Assembly (NCBI GenBank): GCA_013239625.1
Contig: MU054212.1
Coordinates: 2,666,001-2,730,000 of the forward strand
Length of the DNA stretch: 64,000 bases
Direction: 5' to 3'
From: Lama guanicoe
Lineage: Eukaryota
A model generated the notes under the pieces. The model worked only from the letters and a program-made list of their open reading frames with translations. It ran no database searches and was not told the origin of the DNA. Positions 1 to 13,370 of the stretch are shown piece after piece (within the stretch, counting starts at the first letter, position 1; every line of letters starts with the position of its first letter). The position numbers and the translations under genes are program-made.

Positions 1-207
1 TACATACTGTGTACATTAACTTCTTAAAAATTTCATTATGGATCGAAGTTAGTCCAGAAAAGATCAGGAAGAGGATCTTGAAGTTATAGAGAATACGAAT
101 TGATAAAGAAGATTATTTTGCCAGGAATACTTTACTTATTGTTAGAATTTGTTACTTGATAAATAATAGTGTTATCCTTTCTTTGGCCTCATAGAAAGTA
201 GTTATGA

Positions 208-375
<168 letters not shown>

Positions 376-720
376 TAGAAGTTGAGTAAATGTGCTCAGT
401 GTAAATGCCTTATCACTTTCAGGGACGTGATAAAAAAAGATAATGTATTAAAATATTGATGGTGGTATAAACTTTAACGATTTAGCTAGTCAGAAACTAT
501 GATGGTTTTTGATGTTAGAGAAACATTTTTTATTAATTACAGCATCTTTTCCTCACTTTTGAAAAATGTGACAATCCTAAATGTGTATAAATGGCCAAGT
601 AAGGTAAATACTCAATTTCTATTCGTTGTTCATTCTTCTGTGTTAGTATTGTATATATGGATGCCTGCTTTGAGTAAAAATTGTCTTTTTGCTCTTAATA
701 AAGAATTAAATGAACTTTTA

Positions 721-853
721 TGGGGGAGGATATAATTCAAGTGGTAGAGCACATGTTTAGCATGCACAAGATCCTGGATTCAATCCCCAGTACCTTCTCT
801 AAAAGTTAAAATAAATAAACCTAATTACCTCCCTCCCCCCAAAAAAGAAAAAA
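721..853 (+). mobile_element. tRNA-derived SINE (camelid vic-1-like) with perfect target-site duplication
   Basis: ggggagg-atataattcaagtggtagagc (A box)...ggattcaatcccc (B box), A-rich tail. Flanked by aaagaattaaatgaactttta at 700-720 and 854-874. Confidence 0.85.
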
Positions 854-2048
854 AAAGAATTAAATGAACTTTTAAACCCCATACTGAAATCTTTAATGCA
901 TCCTCTATTCTAGGAGAATCAAAGCACCCCAAACTGTGAATCTGTACTTAGGTGTTAGTGTGTTACAATTGTATCCACCTAATTTCTGGAATATAGTTTG
1001 TTTTCTGGATAAGTTGTTATTCTTATTTCAATACCCAACTACTAACTTTGTTTAATGGTGCACTCAAATCTAATACAAAATTCTAGGGTCTAGGGAAACT
1101 AGTGGCAGTTTCCAGAAGTGAAATTTTGTATATTCTCATACATAAGAATAAAATTACACTATAGAACCTAAGTGATTTTGACTTTATTTAAAGTTTAAAT
1201 ACTCAGGCTTTAAATAACTTTATGAAATTTATTTTACTATTATTAAGAGCCAAATAAATTAATGGGAAATACTTTATCTTTAAGTCTCTATTAACTAAAG
1301 GATTTGATTTGAGCCGACTATATTCAAAAGATGCTGTTTTATGGACCAATTAACCAGGCCAATAAAAAAGTGGATTAAACTGCACAGAAATATAAATACT
1401 AGTGTTATTAGCTACACAACTTAGAAAGCTGCCTGGACAATCTAAGTGCTAACCAGAAGCTATTAATTTACCTGATGCAAATACCAGACTTTTTTTCTGC
1501 CAGTTGGAAATCTTTTACAGGTACTAGATTTCTTGTGCCTCCCAAATCCCTAAACAAAGCAAGTTATTACACTCAGTCTTTCTCTAAATATTTTTAAGTC
1601 TGTCATCTTCTATTTGCATTTATCATTAATGTTGTGACCTTTCATTTCAATGTCATAACCCAGTTCAAGTTTATGTAATTTTCCATTTTAATTTGGTTGC
1701 TCCCTGGAGGTTATACAGAAAACCATTTCCTTTTTATTTCAAAGTCAGTTAGTTAGGTAAATCATGGTACTTTTTAATTGTTGGGGATTTCATTTATCAT
1801 CTAGGTCTGAAAGTATGCTTTGCTGTGGTGTGGTATGACATGTGGTGGAGGAAGGGAGGGTATGTATGAATGGCGTGTGCATGTGCAGACACACATGTAT
1901 GCTCTATTATCATTTTAGCAATACTACATATTGTACTTTCTAATAAGATTTTGCCAAGAAATATTGGCGTAAACTAACCCTCTAAACTTAGTAACCATAA
2001 ATTTGTTCATATTGTAGTGATATTAATAATTGTCTTCTATTTTTCAAG

Positions 2049-2168
2049 GCAAATGCAATAGGTCGAAGTGCTAAAACTGTCCGAGAATTTCTAGAAAAGA
2101 ATTACACAGAAGATGCTATAGCAAATGACAATGAAGCTATCAAATTAGCAATACGAGCTTTGCTAGAA
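2049..2168 (+). CDS. PSMA8: PSMA8 coding exon (probably exon 5)
   Basis: ttttcaag|GCA AAT...CTA GAA|gtaagt; [40 protein letters not shown], 120 nt, in frame with the previous exon. Confidence 0.95.
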
Positions 2169-2285
2169 GTAAGTGATCTAATAAAGGATATTCAGAAAAA
2201 CGTGGGTTTTTTTAATTTATTCAGTTGCTTATTAGAACACAGAATTTCCTGAAGTAATTCTGATACTGCATTTGTTCTACATTAG

Positions 2286-2348
2286 GTTGTCCAGTCTGGT
2301 GGAAAAAACATTGAACTTGCTATAATAAGAAGAAACCAACCTTTGAAG
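2286..2348 (+). CDS. PSMA8: PSMA8 coding exon (probably exon 6)
   Basis: cattag|GTT GTC...TTG AAG|gtaagt; VVQSGGKNIELAIIRRNQPLK, 63 nt. Confidence 0.95.
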
Positions 2349-4371
2349 GTAAGTCATTAACCTAACAAGAAAAAAAAATCTGTAGTATAAGGTGACAAAA
2401 GTTAATGTGTTGACATCTGTTCATCATAAGCCTGAAACATCCATTAGATCCATTGACACTATGATGACTTCTGTTTTGTTTCTATAGGCTAATATTCACT
2501 AATTTTATGTGCTTATTGCAAGCAGTTACCTATCTCTAGCCCTTTGTGAAGACCTAGAGGTACTGAGATCTCTGTATAGGTCGACCCCATTTAGTATAGT
2601 TGTTATAAGTAGGAACCCCTGCTGAGTTAGTCCTGTGCAGGGTCAGTGTAGCATATGCCCTATGGAGAGTCATTCTAGCACAATGTGGAGAACAGTTACT
2701 CTTCTGTCTTTTTAGATCTTCTGAAATCAAGATACACTTCCAGCCAGTGTCATTCAGCTGCTATTTATATAATTGTTGGCCCTCCAGGCTTCTAATATGA
2801 TGTTATCCTTCATTATGTCAAAATGAAGCACTCTTTCTTGATTGCCTACTGGTTTTATCTTTTTTTTCTACTTTTCACTTTTGAGTGCCTTGAGCTTCTG
2901 CAAGACTTACATTTTAATACCTAGTGTGATGATCTTTCCATATTTTTTATGGCAAGTCTAGCACTATTATTTGTACACCCCTTTTCAGCCATTATGGGTT
3001 AAAACCACTGGACCACAAAATTAATTGTTCAGAACAATGTGATAAATTGTTCCAAACATTGTGATAGAGGACTCATTGGTAAAGAGCACTTGAAATGTGG
3101 TTCACTGTTGCTCATTAGGGAGAGCTGCATGCTATGGTTTGCCAGCTAGCTCTCTTTAGCTGAAAGTGTACAAAAGCACTTGCATGGGGAACTGAAAAGT
3201 GCACTAAAAAAGTATTATTTTATGTATACCTTTTCTTTGTTTTACAGAAAATATTTCAAGGGAAAATAGTGTTAAAATCAGTGCTGTGTGGAGCAGTGAA
3301 GTTTTTCCCTTTGCTTTTGTTTTTTGGCAGTATTGCTGTTGTTGTCATTATTGTTTTGACACCAGTGGATGAGGACGCACGGACAAGGCAGGAGCAAAAT
3401 TTCAATGAATAAAAGAAAAGGGGACAGGGTGGTTGGGTCTGTGCCTGTATGGCTCCACATAAATAACCAGGGTGCTGAGCAGAGGATGGAGATGGGATCA
3501 GGGCTGGGCTTTCACCCTGCTGCCACAGACAGGGACAGATGTGCCAACACCGCAAGTACACAGAACCACTGAGTCCAGAGCCGCCTCTCCAGCCCCATCA
3601 CATACATATGTAGACAGCTGCATAGACACACATGCACACACACACACACTGATATACACATATTTTTACTTATGAGTGGTAGGATGGTAAATACTGGCAG
3701 CGGAGTTACACTACCCTTCCACATGATACTTCAGAATAGGCTGTATGGTGAATAGGGCATGGGTTTTGGAATTGGATAGACCTGGGCTTAACTTCAGCAG
3801 ATAAATTTGTTTAACAGTATGACCTTGAGCAGGTTGCTCCATCTTTAATTTTAAATAAAATAAAATGGATTTAAATAATATAAAAGCTGTTTGTGCTTTC
3901 TACTTAGTGAGGGAGTTGTAAACAAGGCACAGTGTAAATCATCATTTTCCTACTTCTTCAGCTAGTCTATGAGCTGATAAAATAGACAGACCCTATCAAG
4001 AACCACACAGTAGGGTAGAGGTAGGAGTTCAGTAATTAGTTGTTTCCTCATGAATAGAATAAGCCTGGCGTTAAAATGTTTTCAGAGTTATGTGAACATA
4101 CAGGGTATGTAATGAAGTATTACATTGGCCCTGCTTCTGTTTTAGCACAATGGTAGTGGAAATGTCATAGAGTTCTGGTTTTGTCCATAATTGTTATGTT
4201 GCTTTTGAACCTTCTGAAATATTTCATTATATATTTGAAGTTATAAGATACAAAGTTACAAATTGAAAATATAAATGTATAAAATACAATTGGATTCCTT
4301 TCACATTCTAAATATTTAGAGATTATTGCTGTAATCGAAATTTGCTTTTTAAAATTTTTTTCTCTTTTCAG

Positions 4372-4464
4372 ATGTTTAGTGCCAAAGAAATTGAATTACA
4401 GGTAAATGAAATAGAAAAGGAAAAGGAAGAAGCAGAGAGGAAGAAATCAAAGAAGACTGTTTAA
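4372..4464 (+). CDS. PSMA8: PSMA8 terminal coding exon
   Basis: Strong polypyrimidine tract and cag, then MFSAKEIELQVNEIEKEKEEAERKKSKKTV with TAA at 4462-4464; charged tail typical of alpha4 subunits. Confidence 0.93.
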   Translation: MFSAKEIELQVNEIEKEKEEAERKKSKKTV

Positions 4465-4825
4465 TTCTTTGGATAAGCAGTGGGAATTTTAATATTTTGT
4501 TGTACTCCTTAGAACTATTTAGTGAAATTTTACAGGAAATAAGTTGATTTGCAACATAACATTTAGTAGTTATGTGTTGTTTTGAGAATTTTAGATTTGT
4601 AGCTTTCTTCAGTCTGTTACATGGACAAATTTACATTAGTGTGAAGATTTTCTTTGAAAAAAAGAGTTCAGAAATTGTTGAAAGCAGTCATAATTTTACA
4701 TAGGCCTGAGATTATACTTTATAACTTACCCAGCATGTTACTTTCTTCATATGTGCAAGCTTAAATTTAAAAAATTAATAATTTGGTGCCATTTGAGCGT
4801 TGACTGTCAAAGATAGCTGTTCCAA

Positions 4826-4831
4826 AATAAA
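4826..4831 (+). terminator. Candidate polyadenylation signal of PSMA8
   Basis: First AATAAA I found after the stop codon (~360 nt downstream), followed by T/G-rich sequence and just ahead of a long repeat block. Confidence 0.45.
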
Positions 4832-4976
4832 CTGAATATAATACTGGGTTGCATTTCTAGATGAATGATAAAAACATCCTTGTGTTGGTAAATTGCCACA
4901 ATTTTGTCAGAGCCTTCTTTATTTTTAAATATTTTGTCATGTTTATTTTACCTTTGTTGTTTTATAAGTTGTAGTA

Positions 4977-5110
4977 CAGTCATCTCTTGGCATCCGAGGC
5001 ATATTTGTTCCAGCTCCCCTCGTGAATAACAAAACATGCAGATGCTCAAGTCCTTTATATAAAATTGCATAGTATTGGCATTAACCTATGCACATCCTCT
5101 AGTACATTTT
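4977..5110 (+). mobile_element. MER2-like (TcMar-Tigger) DNA transposon 5' fragment
   Basis: ta|cagtcatctcttggcatcc...gatgctcaagtcctttatataaaattgcatagtatt matches the MER2 5' end as recalled; cut off by an L1 tail. Confidence 0.65.
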
Positions 5111-5383
5111 ATTTTTTTCCAGTTTTATTGAGATGTAATTGACATAGAGCACTGTGTAAGTTCAAGGAGTACAGCATAATGATTTGATTTATATACGTCA
5201 TGAAGGGATTATCACAGTAAATTTTAGTGAACATCCATCACCTCATGTAGACACAAAATTAAAGAAATAGTAGTAACCCATGGTGAAAATTGTTTAATAT
5301 ATGTATGTGCATGTATGACTGAAGCATCATGCTATATACCAGAATTTGACACAACATTATAAACTGACTATACTTCAATTAAA

Positions 5384-5484
5384 ATATATATATATATATA
5401 AAATATATATATATATATTTTATATATATATATAAAATATATATATATATATAAAATATATATATATATATGTGTATATATATA
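5384..5484. repeat. Interrupted (TA)n microsatellite
   Basis: About 100 nt of TA repeats broken by short A/T runs, in the tail of a nested L1 3' end. Confidence 0.9.
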
Positions 5485-6696
5485 CAAAAAAAGGAAATAG
5501 AAAAAATTTTTTCTTGGGGAAAAGAGACATACAGCAGTGTTAATTATATTTACCATGTTGTACATTACATTCATAGTCCTTATTTATCTTATAACTTAGA
5601 ATTTTATGCCTTTTTGACTGCCTTCTTCCAGTTGCACCTTCCTCTAACCCCTGCCTCTGGTAACCATAAATCTGACCTCTCTTTCTGTGAGTGAGTGAGT
5701 TTGTTTATTTTTGAAGTATAATTGATCTACAGTATTATGTTAGTTCCTGCTTTACAACATAGTGATTTGATATTTCTCTCCATTTCAAACTGATCACCAT
5801 GAGTCTGGTTACAGTATGTCACCCTACAAAGATATTACATAGTTATTGACTATATTCCTCATTCTGTATATTTCATACCAGTGACTCATTTATTTTGCAA
5901 CTGGAAGTTTATACCTCTTAATCTCCCTCACCTATTTATTTTCTTCCTCTACCACCCTCTCCTCTGACAACCAACCACCTGTTTGCTCACCTTATCTGTA
6001 ACTGTTTCTGCTTTGTTATTTTTCATTTCTTTTTTTTTAGATTGCACATATAAGTAAAATCATATAGTATTTATCTTTCTCTGATTTATTTCACTTAGCA
6101 TAATACCCTCTAGGTCCATCCATGTTACTGCAAATGGCAAGATTTCATTCTTTTTTATGGCTAATATTCCATTATATATATTTTTATATATATACACACA
6201 CACATACATAAATGCATACATACACACATACATACATACGTGTATATATACACACATTTTCTTTTTTTATTATTCAGTTTTATTGAAGTATATTTCATTT
6301 ACAGTGTGTTAGTTTCTGGTATACAGCATAATAATTCAGTTATACATATGTATGTACATAAATTCTTTTTCATTATGGATTACTATAACATACTGAGGAT
6401 AGTTCTCTGTGGTATACAGTAGGATGTTGTTTATTTTATAGTAGTTTGTATCTGCTAATCCCAGACTCCTCTAATTTATGCCCCCTCCCCCTTTCCCCTT
6501 TGGTAACCGTAAGTTTGTTTTCTGTATCTGTGAGTTGTTTCTGTTTTGTAAATACATTCACCTATATCATTCTTTAGATTCCACATGTAAGTGTTTCTCT
6601 GTCTGACTTACTTCACTTAGTATGATAATCTCTGGGTCCATCCATGTTGCTGCAAATGGCATTATTTCATTCTTTTTTATGTCTGAGTAATATTCC

Positions 6697-6699
<3 letters not shown>

Positions 6700-6738
<39 letters not shown>
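6700..6738. repeat. (GT)n microsatellite
   Basis: About 19 GT units inside L1. Confidence 0.9.
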
Positions 6739-6740
<2 letters not shown>

Positions 6741-8269
6741 TGTCAGTGGACATTTAGGTTGCTTCCATTATCTTGGCTATGATAAATAGTGTTGCTATGA
6801 ACGTTGGGGTGCATGTATCTTTTTGAGTTACAGTTCTCTCCAGATGTATGCCCAAGAGTGGAATTGCTGGATCATATGGTAAGTCTACTTTTAGTTTTTT
6901 AAGGAATCTCCATACTATTTTCCATAATGGCTGTACCAAACTACATTCCCACCAACAGTGTAAAAGGGTTCTCTTTTCTCCTCACCCTCTCCAGCATTTA
7001 TCATTTATGGACTTTTTAACGATGACCATTCTGACTGCTGTGAGGTGATACCTCATTGTAGTTTTGATTTGCATTTCTCTGATCGTTAGCGATATTGAGC
7101 ATCTTTTCATGTGCCTGTTGGCCATCTGTATGTCTTCATTGGAGAAATGTCTGTTTAGGTCTTCTGCCCATTTTTTGATTATACCACATTTTCCATTCAT
7201 CTATTGATGGGCACTTCAATTGCTTCCATATCTTGCCTATTGTAAATAATGTTGCAGGGAGCATAGGGGTGGGAATATCTTTTCTAATTAGTGTTTTTAT
7301 TTTCGTAGGATAGGTACCCAGGAGTGGAATTGCTGAATCATAAGGTACTTCTTTTTTTAATTTTTTGAAGAATCTCTGTACTGTTTTCCATAGTGGCTGC
7401 ACCAGTTTACATTCTCACCATCAGTACACAAGGGTTCCCTTTTCTCCACATTCTTGGCAACACTTGTTATTCGTTGTCCTTTGGATAATAACCATTCTTA
7501 CAGGTTTGAAATGGTATCTCATTGTGGTTTTGATTTGCATTTCCATGATGATTAGTGATTTTGAGCATCTTTTCATGTGCCTTTTGGCTGTATGTATGTC
7601 TTCCTTGGGAAAATGTTTATTCAGATCCTCTATACATTTTTAAAATTGGGTTTTTTGGTTTTTTGATGTTTAGTTGTATGAGTTCTTTGTATATTTTGGA
7701 TAAACTTACCCCTAATGGGTTATAGTGTTTTCAGATGTCTTCTCCCATTCAGTAGGTAGCCTTTTTCATTTTGTTGATAGCTTCCTTTGCTGTACAAGAG
7801 ATTTTTAGTTTGAATAGGTTCCATTTATTTATGTTTGCTTTTGCTTCTCTTGCCAGAAGAGACATACGAAAAAAAAAATTACAAATACCATTGTCAAAGA
7901 GCATGCTATCTATGTTTCCTTCTAGAAGTTTTATGGTTTCAGGTCTTATGTTTAAGTCTTTAATCCATTTTGAATTTATTTTTTGTGCGTAGTGTGAGAC
8001 AGTAGTCCAGTTGGATTCTTTTGTGTGTGGTTGTCTAGTTTACCCAACACCTTTTATTGAAGAGGGTGTCTTTTCTTCATTACATATTCTTGCCTCCTTT
8101 GTCATAGATTAATTGCCCACGTAGGCGTGGGTTTATTTCTGGCCTTTCTTTTCTGTTCCATTCATTTATGTGTCTGTTTTTGTGCCAGTAGCATACTGTT
8201 TTGATGAATGTAGTTTTGTAGTTAGTTTGAAATTAGGGAGTATAATACCCCTAGCTTTGTACTTCTTAA

Positions 8270-8400
8270 GATTGTAAACCGACAATAATGCAATAATAGT
8301 AGAGGACTTTAACACCCCACTTACATCAGTGGGTACATCATTCAGATAGAAGATCAATAAACACTGGCCTTAAATGACACATTAGACCAGATTAGACCAG
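8270..8400 (+). mobile_element. L1 ORF2 endonuclease-region fragment in the opposite orientation
   Basis: ata ata gta gag gac ttt aac acc cca ctt = IIVEDFNTPL, matching the L1 EN motif IIxGDFNTPL; followed by LNDTLDQ. Confidence 0.75.
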
Positions 8401-8539
8401 GTTTTGCTGACCTATACAAAGTGATTTTTTATTTAATGTGAAGTTTTAGCCAAAGTATACTCAATCATTATTGCTATTTAAAATGTCACTTGGAATATGC
8501 AAGCACTTTGTGCTTTTCTCCCTCATATCCTCAAGGTGA

Positions 8540-9536
8540 GATGATCACAAACATCTTTCAATCGTTAGATTATCATTAACTAGACAGTCTGAAAAAAAAC
8601 TCTCACTACAAGCATAGAAATGCTGGATAAAATCTAACAAACATCCCTTTAAATGCATAACTGAACTTACAAGAAGTAAAGGAAATCCCCAGAGGCCAAA
8701 AACAGAAAGGAGTCTGAAAATCAGAGAAGGCATTTGAGCAGATGCTGGTGCTGCCTAGGAGGAAGTTGTACTGGCACAGGGAATAAGCAAACTAAGAATA
8801 AGACAATAAAAAGCCTAGAAACACAACCACCTTCACTGGGATACTTGGTAATGGTTGCTAAGATTGCAGTTCAGTGGGTAAAGAATAAGCTCTTCTGTAA
8901 CCGGTGATAGGACAACTGGTTACCCATTTGAAAAGAAAGAAAATTGGACCTCGACTTCACACCATTTAAAAAAATCAATTTCAGATGAATTAAAAACCTA
9001 AAAGTAAAAGATGAAACTTTTGGAAGACAATACAGGAAAAGATCTTTAAGAAAGACTTTCATCTAAACAAGATATAGAGAGTGCTAACACTTAATGAAAA
9101 GATTGATAATTCAACTACCTGAAAATGTAAGCTTCTCTACATCAAAAGATACCATAAAGAAAGTGAAAAGATGGGCCACAAATGGGAGAAGACATTTGTA
9201 ACATATAGCTGATAAAAGGTGTGTGCCTGGAGTTTATAAAGTACTGTTGGTTCAAAGGAATGAAAAACACAGTGCAACAGAAAAATGGGTGGACCATTTA
9301 AACAGGCAGTTCACAGAAGAGGAAACTTGAATGATTTTCTCTTTATGAGGAGCTTATTAAATGATTCTCTACCACACTAATCAAGGAAATGATGAGACAC
9401 CCACGAAAGTTGGCAAAAATTTTAAATGACTGTAAAGGGTTAGTGAAATGTTCAAGTAGCATGATTTACAATAGCCAGGACATGGAAATAACCTAAATGT
9501 CCATTGATAGATGACTGGATAAAGAAGTTGTGATAA

Positions 9537-9585
<49 letters not shown>

Positions 9586-10920
9586 GGAATACTACTCAGC
9601 CATAAAAAAGAAAAATGCCTTTTGCAGCAACATGGATGCACCTGTAGATTGTCATACTAAGTGAAGTAAGCCAGAAAGAGAAAGAAAAATACCATCTGAT
9701 ATCACTTATATGTGGAATCTAAACAAATAACACAAATGAACTTATTTACAAAATAGAAACAGACTCACAGACAGAAACAAATTTATGGTTACCAGAGGGG
9801 AAGGGGTTGGGAAGGAATAAATTAGGAGTTTGAGATTTGTAGATACTAACTACTATATATAAAATAGATAAATCAGTTTCTACCGTATAGCACAGGGAAC
9901 TTTATGCAATATCTTATAGTAACCTGTAATGAAAAAGAATATGTATGACTAAAGCATTATGTTGTACATTCAAAACTGACACAACACTGTAAACTGACTA
10001 TACGTAAGTTGAAAAAAAAAGACTGTGAAATGTTACTGAGCACTTGGAGCCAAAAGAACGATCTACTGCTATTAGACTTAGGACAGCTGCTTTGGGCAGC
10101 AAGGCAGTGAGATCTAGAAAGTCAAAAAGGCATGTGCCTGTCAGCCAGTAATTCCACTCTTGAGGTATACAGTCTACAGAAACTCTACTGTATGTGCATA
10201 AAAACAGATGCAAAAGCTTTGTTTGTGATAGCAAAAAAAAAATTAGAAACTACCTAATATTCATCAATAAGAGAATGAATAAATTGTGATTTGTTCATAC
10301 AGAAGCATACCATATAGCAGGGAAAAAGAAGACAGTACAGTCACATGTATCAACAGGGATGTGTCTACAAAACATTGAGCAAAAACTAAAACCAATTGTG
10401 TAAACACAATTGAATGTTTATAGAAAGCTTAAAGACTTACAAAGCTAAATATAGTGTTTAACAGATACAATGAAGTAAAACTGAAGAAAAGCAAGGGAAC
10501 AGTTGTTGCAAAATTTAGGACAGTGAGTACTTCTGTTGGGAACCAGGGAGAGGAACGCACAAGAACAGTAAGGCTTTTTGTAAAGCTGGGTGGTGAGCAT
10601 GTGCAGGTTCACTTCATTATTCTCTAAACTGTACATGTAAATTATCTATACTTAATTATTATGTACTTCACAGTTATAAATCCAAAAACATCCAATGCAG
10701 AAAAAAGTTGTAAGGAAGTTTAAACATGCATATCTTGACTTTCAGAAGCACATTAAGAAAAATTAAAAGCAAACTATATTTTGTTGTCTATGAATGTATC
10801 CATATGTAATAAAAATAAAAAGCAAAATCAGAATGGTTGGAAGAGAAGGGAATACAAGGGGCTTCAACTGTGCTGGCCACATCATATGTCTTTAATGGTG
10901 GTATGAGTGTTCGTTACAAT
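8540..10920 (+). mobile_element. Old L1 fragments with a younger L1 3' end nested at ~9455-10020
   Basis: L1 ORF2/3'UTR-like text (aaattggacctcgacttcacacc; caatggaatactactcagccataaaaaag; gtatagcacagggaac) and an A tail at ~10012-10020. Confidence 0.7.
9539..9582. repeat. (AC)n microsatellite
   Basis: About 22 AC units. Confidence 0.9.
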
Positions 10921-13150
10921 ATTCCCCTGTCTAACAGAGCTAGAGACAGCTTCGCTTCATTACTAAGTTAGCACAGTTCTTTTTAAAAATTTCTTTTTCC
11001 CTTATTCCTGGTCATGTTGAGGAAAACAACCAAGTGAGTGAAGTAATGAAAGACATGACAGTCTCACCATCATTTGAAATGAAATCATGACTAATTCTCT
11101 TAGGAAGCAGATCAGCGGTTTGCACAGTAAGTTTTGAAAGACCATTTGGAACCTAGTAAATTTCTGCTTGATCTTTGGAAAAGGATGTGATTGAAATAAA
11201 TACTCTCCAAGTATGCAAAAAAAACCCACTTAATCTCATGTTTCCTTAGGGCTTTTCATTCCAGGCATTCTCATGGTTTATGTAACTTAATTGGATATAA
11301 GTATTCAGTTATGTATAATAATACATATTCAGTTATGTACATCAATAATGTATATTAAATATACATATTTAATTGAAATATATAGATTTCATACATTGAG
11401 ATTTCTTTAGAAACAAAGTAAGCAATTACTTTATCATACCTCCACATAAAGTTTTAGTGGTAATTGAGGGGTCAAAAATGCCTCATCTGATTAAAAATTA
11501 TAAGTTTTTTTCACTGTATTTTTAATAGAGAGTTATAAAGGTGCAATGTGATTTGCATATAGAGAAAACAGATGACTAGAATATTTAAGATCTTGATTTC
11601 AAGGGGCATATATAGGAAATAAATAGAAGAAATGCATGTAATAATCACATTGAAACGAAATTTTTATATCATTAACTTACTTTTAATAAATAATAGATAC
11701 ACATGGTACATATTATTTTAAATGGTACAAATGAAATAAAAACACAAAAAAATGGTACAAATACACCATCTCATTTTTGACCCCCAGTAACTGAGTTTCT
11801 CTTCTTGGAGACAACCCATGTAATCAGTATGTTTCCACTGATATTTTCATTATACTTCCATTAATATTCCATGCATATGCAAACATATAAGAAGATCTCT
11901 TTTAATGCAAATGGCAGCAGACTATATATTGTTTAATATCTTTGATTTTTTTTCAGTTAACATAGCTTTGAGGATCTTCCCATGAGAGTATCATTCTTTC
12001 CAGATGTAAGGTTAAATTCTCAACCAGTCTTCTGTTGATGAACTTACTGTTCATGGTGTTGCTATTGCAGATAATGCTGCAGGTGAATAAACTTCTGTTT
12101 GCCATTTCCCATATGTGGGAGTATATTGTGTCGTGTTTTCGCTATGCCCATTTCAGTTGAGATTTTTTTGGTTAAAAGAAACAACATTCCAGTAAGGATT
12201 CAAGGAAATAAGGGCTCTCATGGGGAAGTACAAAACTAGAAACAATAACATCATTTTGCCTTCTAGGAATAGCAGCATCGAGAGCTTTTGAGTCTTAACT
12301 CTGATATTGAATAGGGTCAGTTCCTTACAACACATCTGTTCTTCTCTCTTGACTCTCGCTTTCTCAGCCTCATTTTCTTTCTTTAACTCCTTGCTTATGC
12401 TAACTCGTGGTTTCTCTTCCCTTATAACCTTCTAGCCTATACATGTGCATTATGGCCTCTCTAGCCTCTCTTTTAATTTGATCATGTGGCTTCCATAGTT
12501 AACCTCCCTTCTCTTTCCAAGGTTCCCAGTTGCAATTCTGCAGGAATAAATGTGTTTGGACTAGCTGATATTTTTGCATCAGGCCTGGCCAGGGTCATTG
12601 TGGCCAAAGGATTGGCTGCCCTTGGGCCAGCTTCCTTGTCCAGCCAGCAGTGGCCAGTGGCTTGAAGTCAGGTAGTTCCACCCTGTGATGCCCTTCATGC
12701 CAGGAAAGCAGTTCTCTTGCAAGGGGCTGCGTATGTCTGATCTGGGGAGCACACACATGCTTCTCCTCACAGAAAAGACTGTTTTCCTCCTCCTTTTTGT
12801 TGACTGAGCTGACGCTGGAAATTTATGACTCACCCAGGTAGTCTTCTCCAAGAAGCCTTTCCTCAGGCTTGATTAGAGGCCTGTCCTCTGTGTCTCCAAA
12901 GCTCTTTGTTGTGACCTGTTTCATACTGTCTAGTAATTGTTTCATACTTGCATCTGTGAGCATCTCTGGCTAAAAAAAAAACTATAGTTATTTTTCATTT
13001 AAAATGTTTATGAAATGTTGTAAAATATGTATGGTAATATGTGTGCTAGTTACCAATTTTTTGTCTCTCAGCTACAAATCTTTGCCCTCTTCTTTCCTCT
13101 GGACCCTGGAAGCATTTCTCCTTTGCCAGCTAATGAAATGCTAAACTTCC

Positions 13151-13166
13151 CCAGTAGAGGGCGCTG
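13151..13166 (+). promoter_or_regulatory. CTCF core motif match
   Basis: CCAGTAGAGGGCGCTG fits the CTCF core CCAGYAGRKGGCRC. Confidence 0.5.
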
Positions 13167-13244
13167 AGGCCATACTGCAGAGCTACTGCAAAAGGTAACT
13201 ATTTGCTTCTGCATTCTGGTACTTGCTATTATTTAAAGGTGGTG

Positions 13245-13370
13245 TTTTTTTTTTTTTTTTTTCAGGGGCAGTTTTTATTTGGGTTTTTTTTTTTTTTTGG
13301 TGGAGGTATTGGGGATTGAACCCAGGACTTAGTGCTTATGCACTCTGCCCCTGAGCTATACCCTCCCCCT
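13245..13370 (-). mobile_element. tRNA-derived SINE (vic-1-like), internally deleted
   Basis: Reverse complement reads ggggagggtatagctcagggg...gtcctgggttcaatccccaatacctcc followed by poly-A runs. Confidence 0.8.

Larger units (their letters stand above)
5111..8265 (-). mobile_element. LINE-1 3' portion (antisense) with two nested younger L1 insertions (5271-5490 +, ~6262-7179 -)
   Basis: Minus-strand ORF-track peptides match the L1 ORF2 C-terminus twice ([15 protein letters not shown] and [33 protein letters not shown]); poly-T tails; short TSD-like repeats at the nested junctions. Confidence 0.85.

Noticed and set aside
722..795. tRNA-like sequence with A and B boxes (also near 13310, 32050 and 43440)
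   Set aside because: These are SINE heads with A-rich tails and TSDs and no intact cloverleaf, so not tRNA genes.
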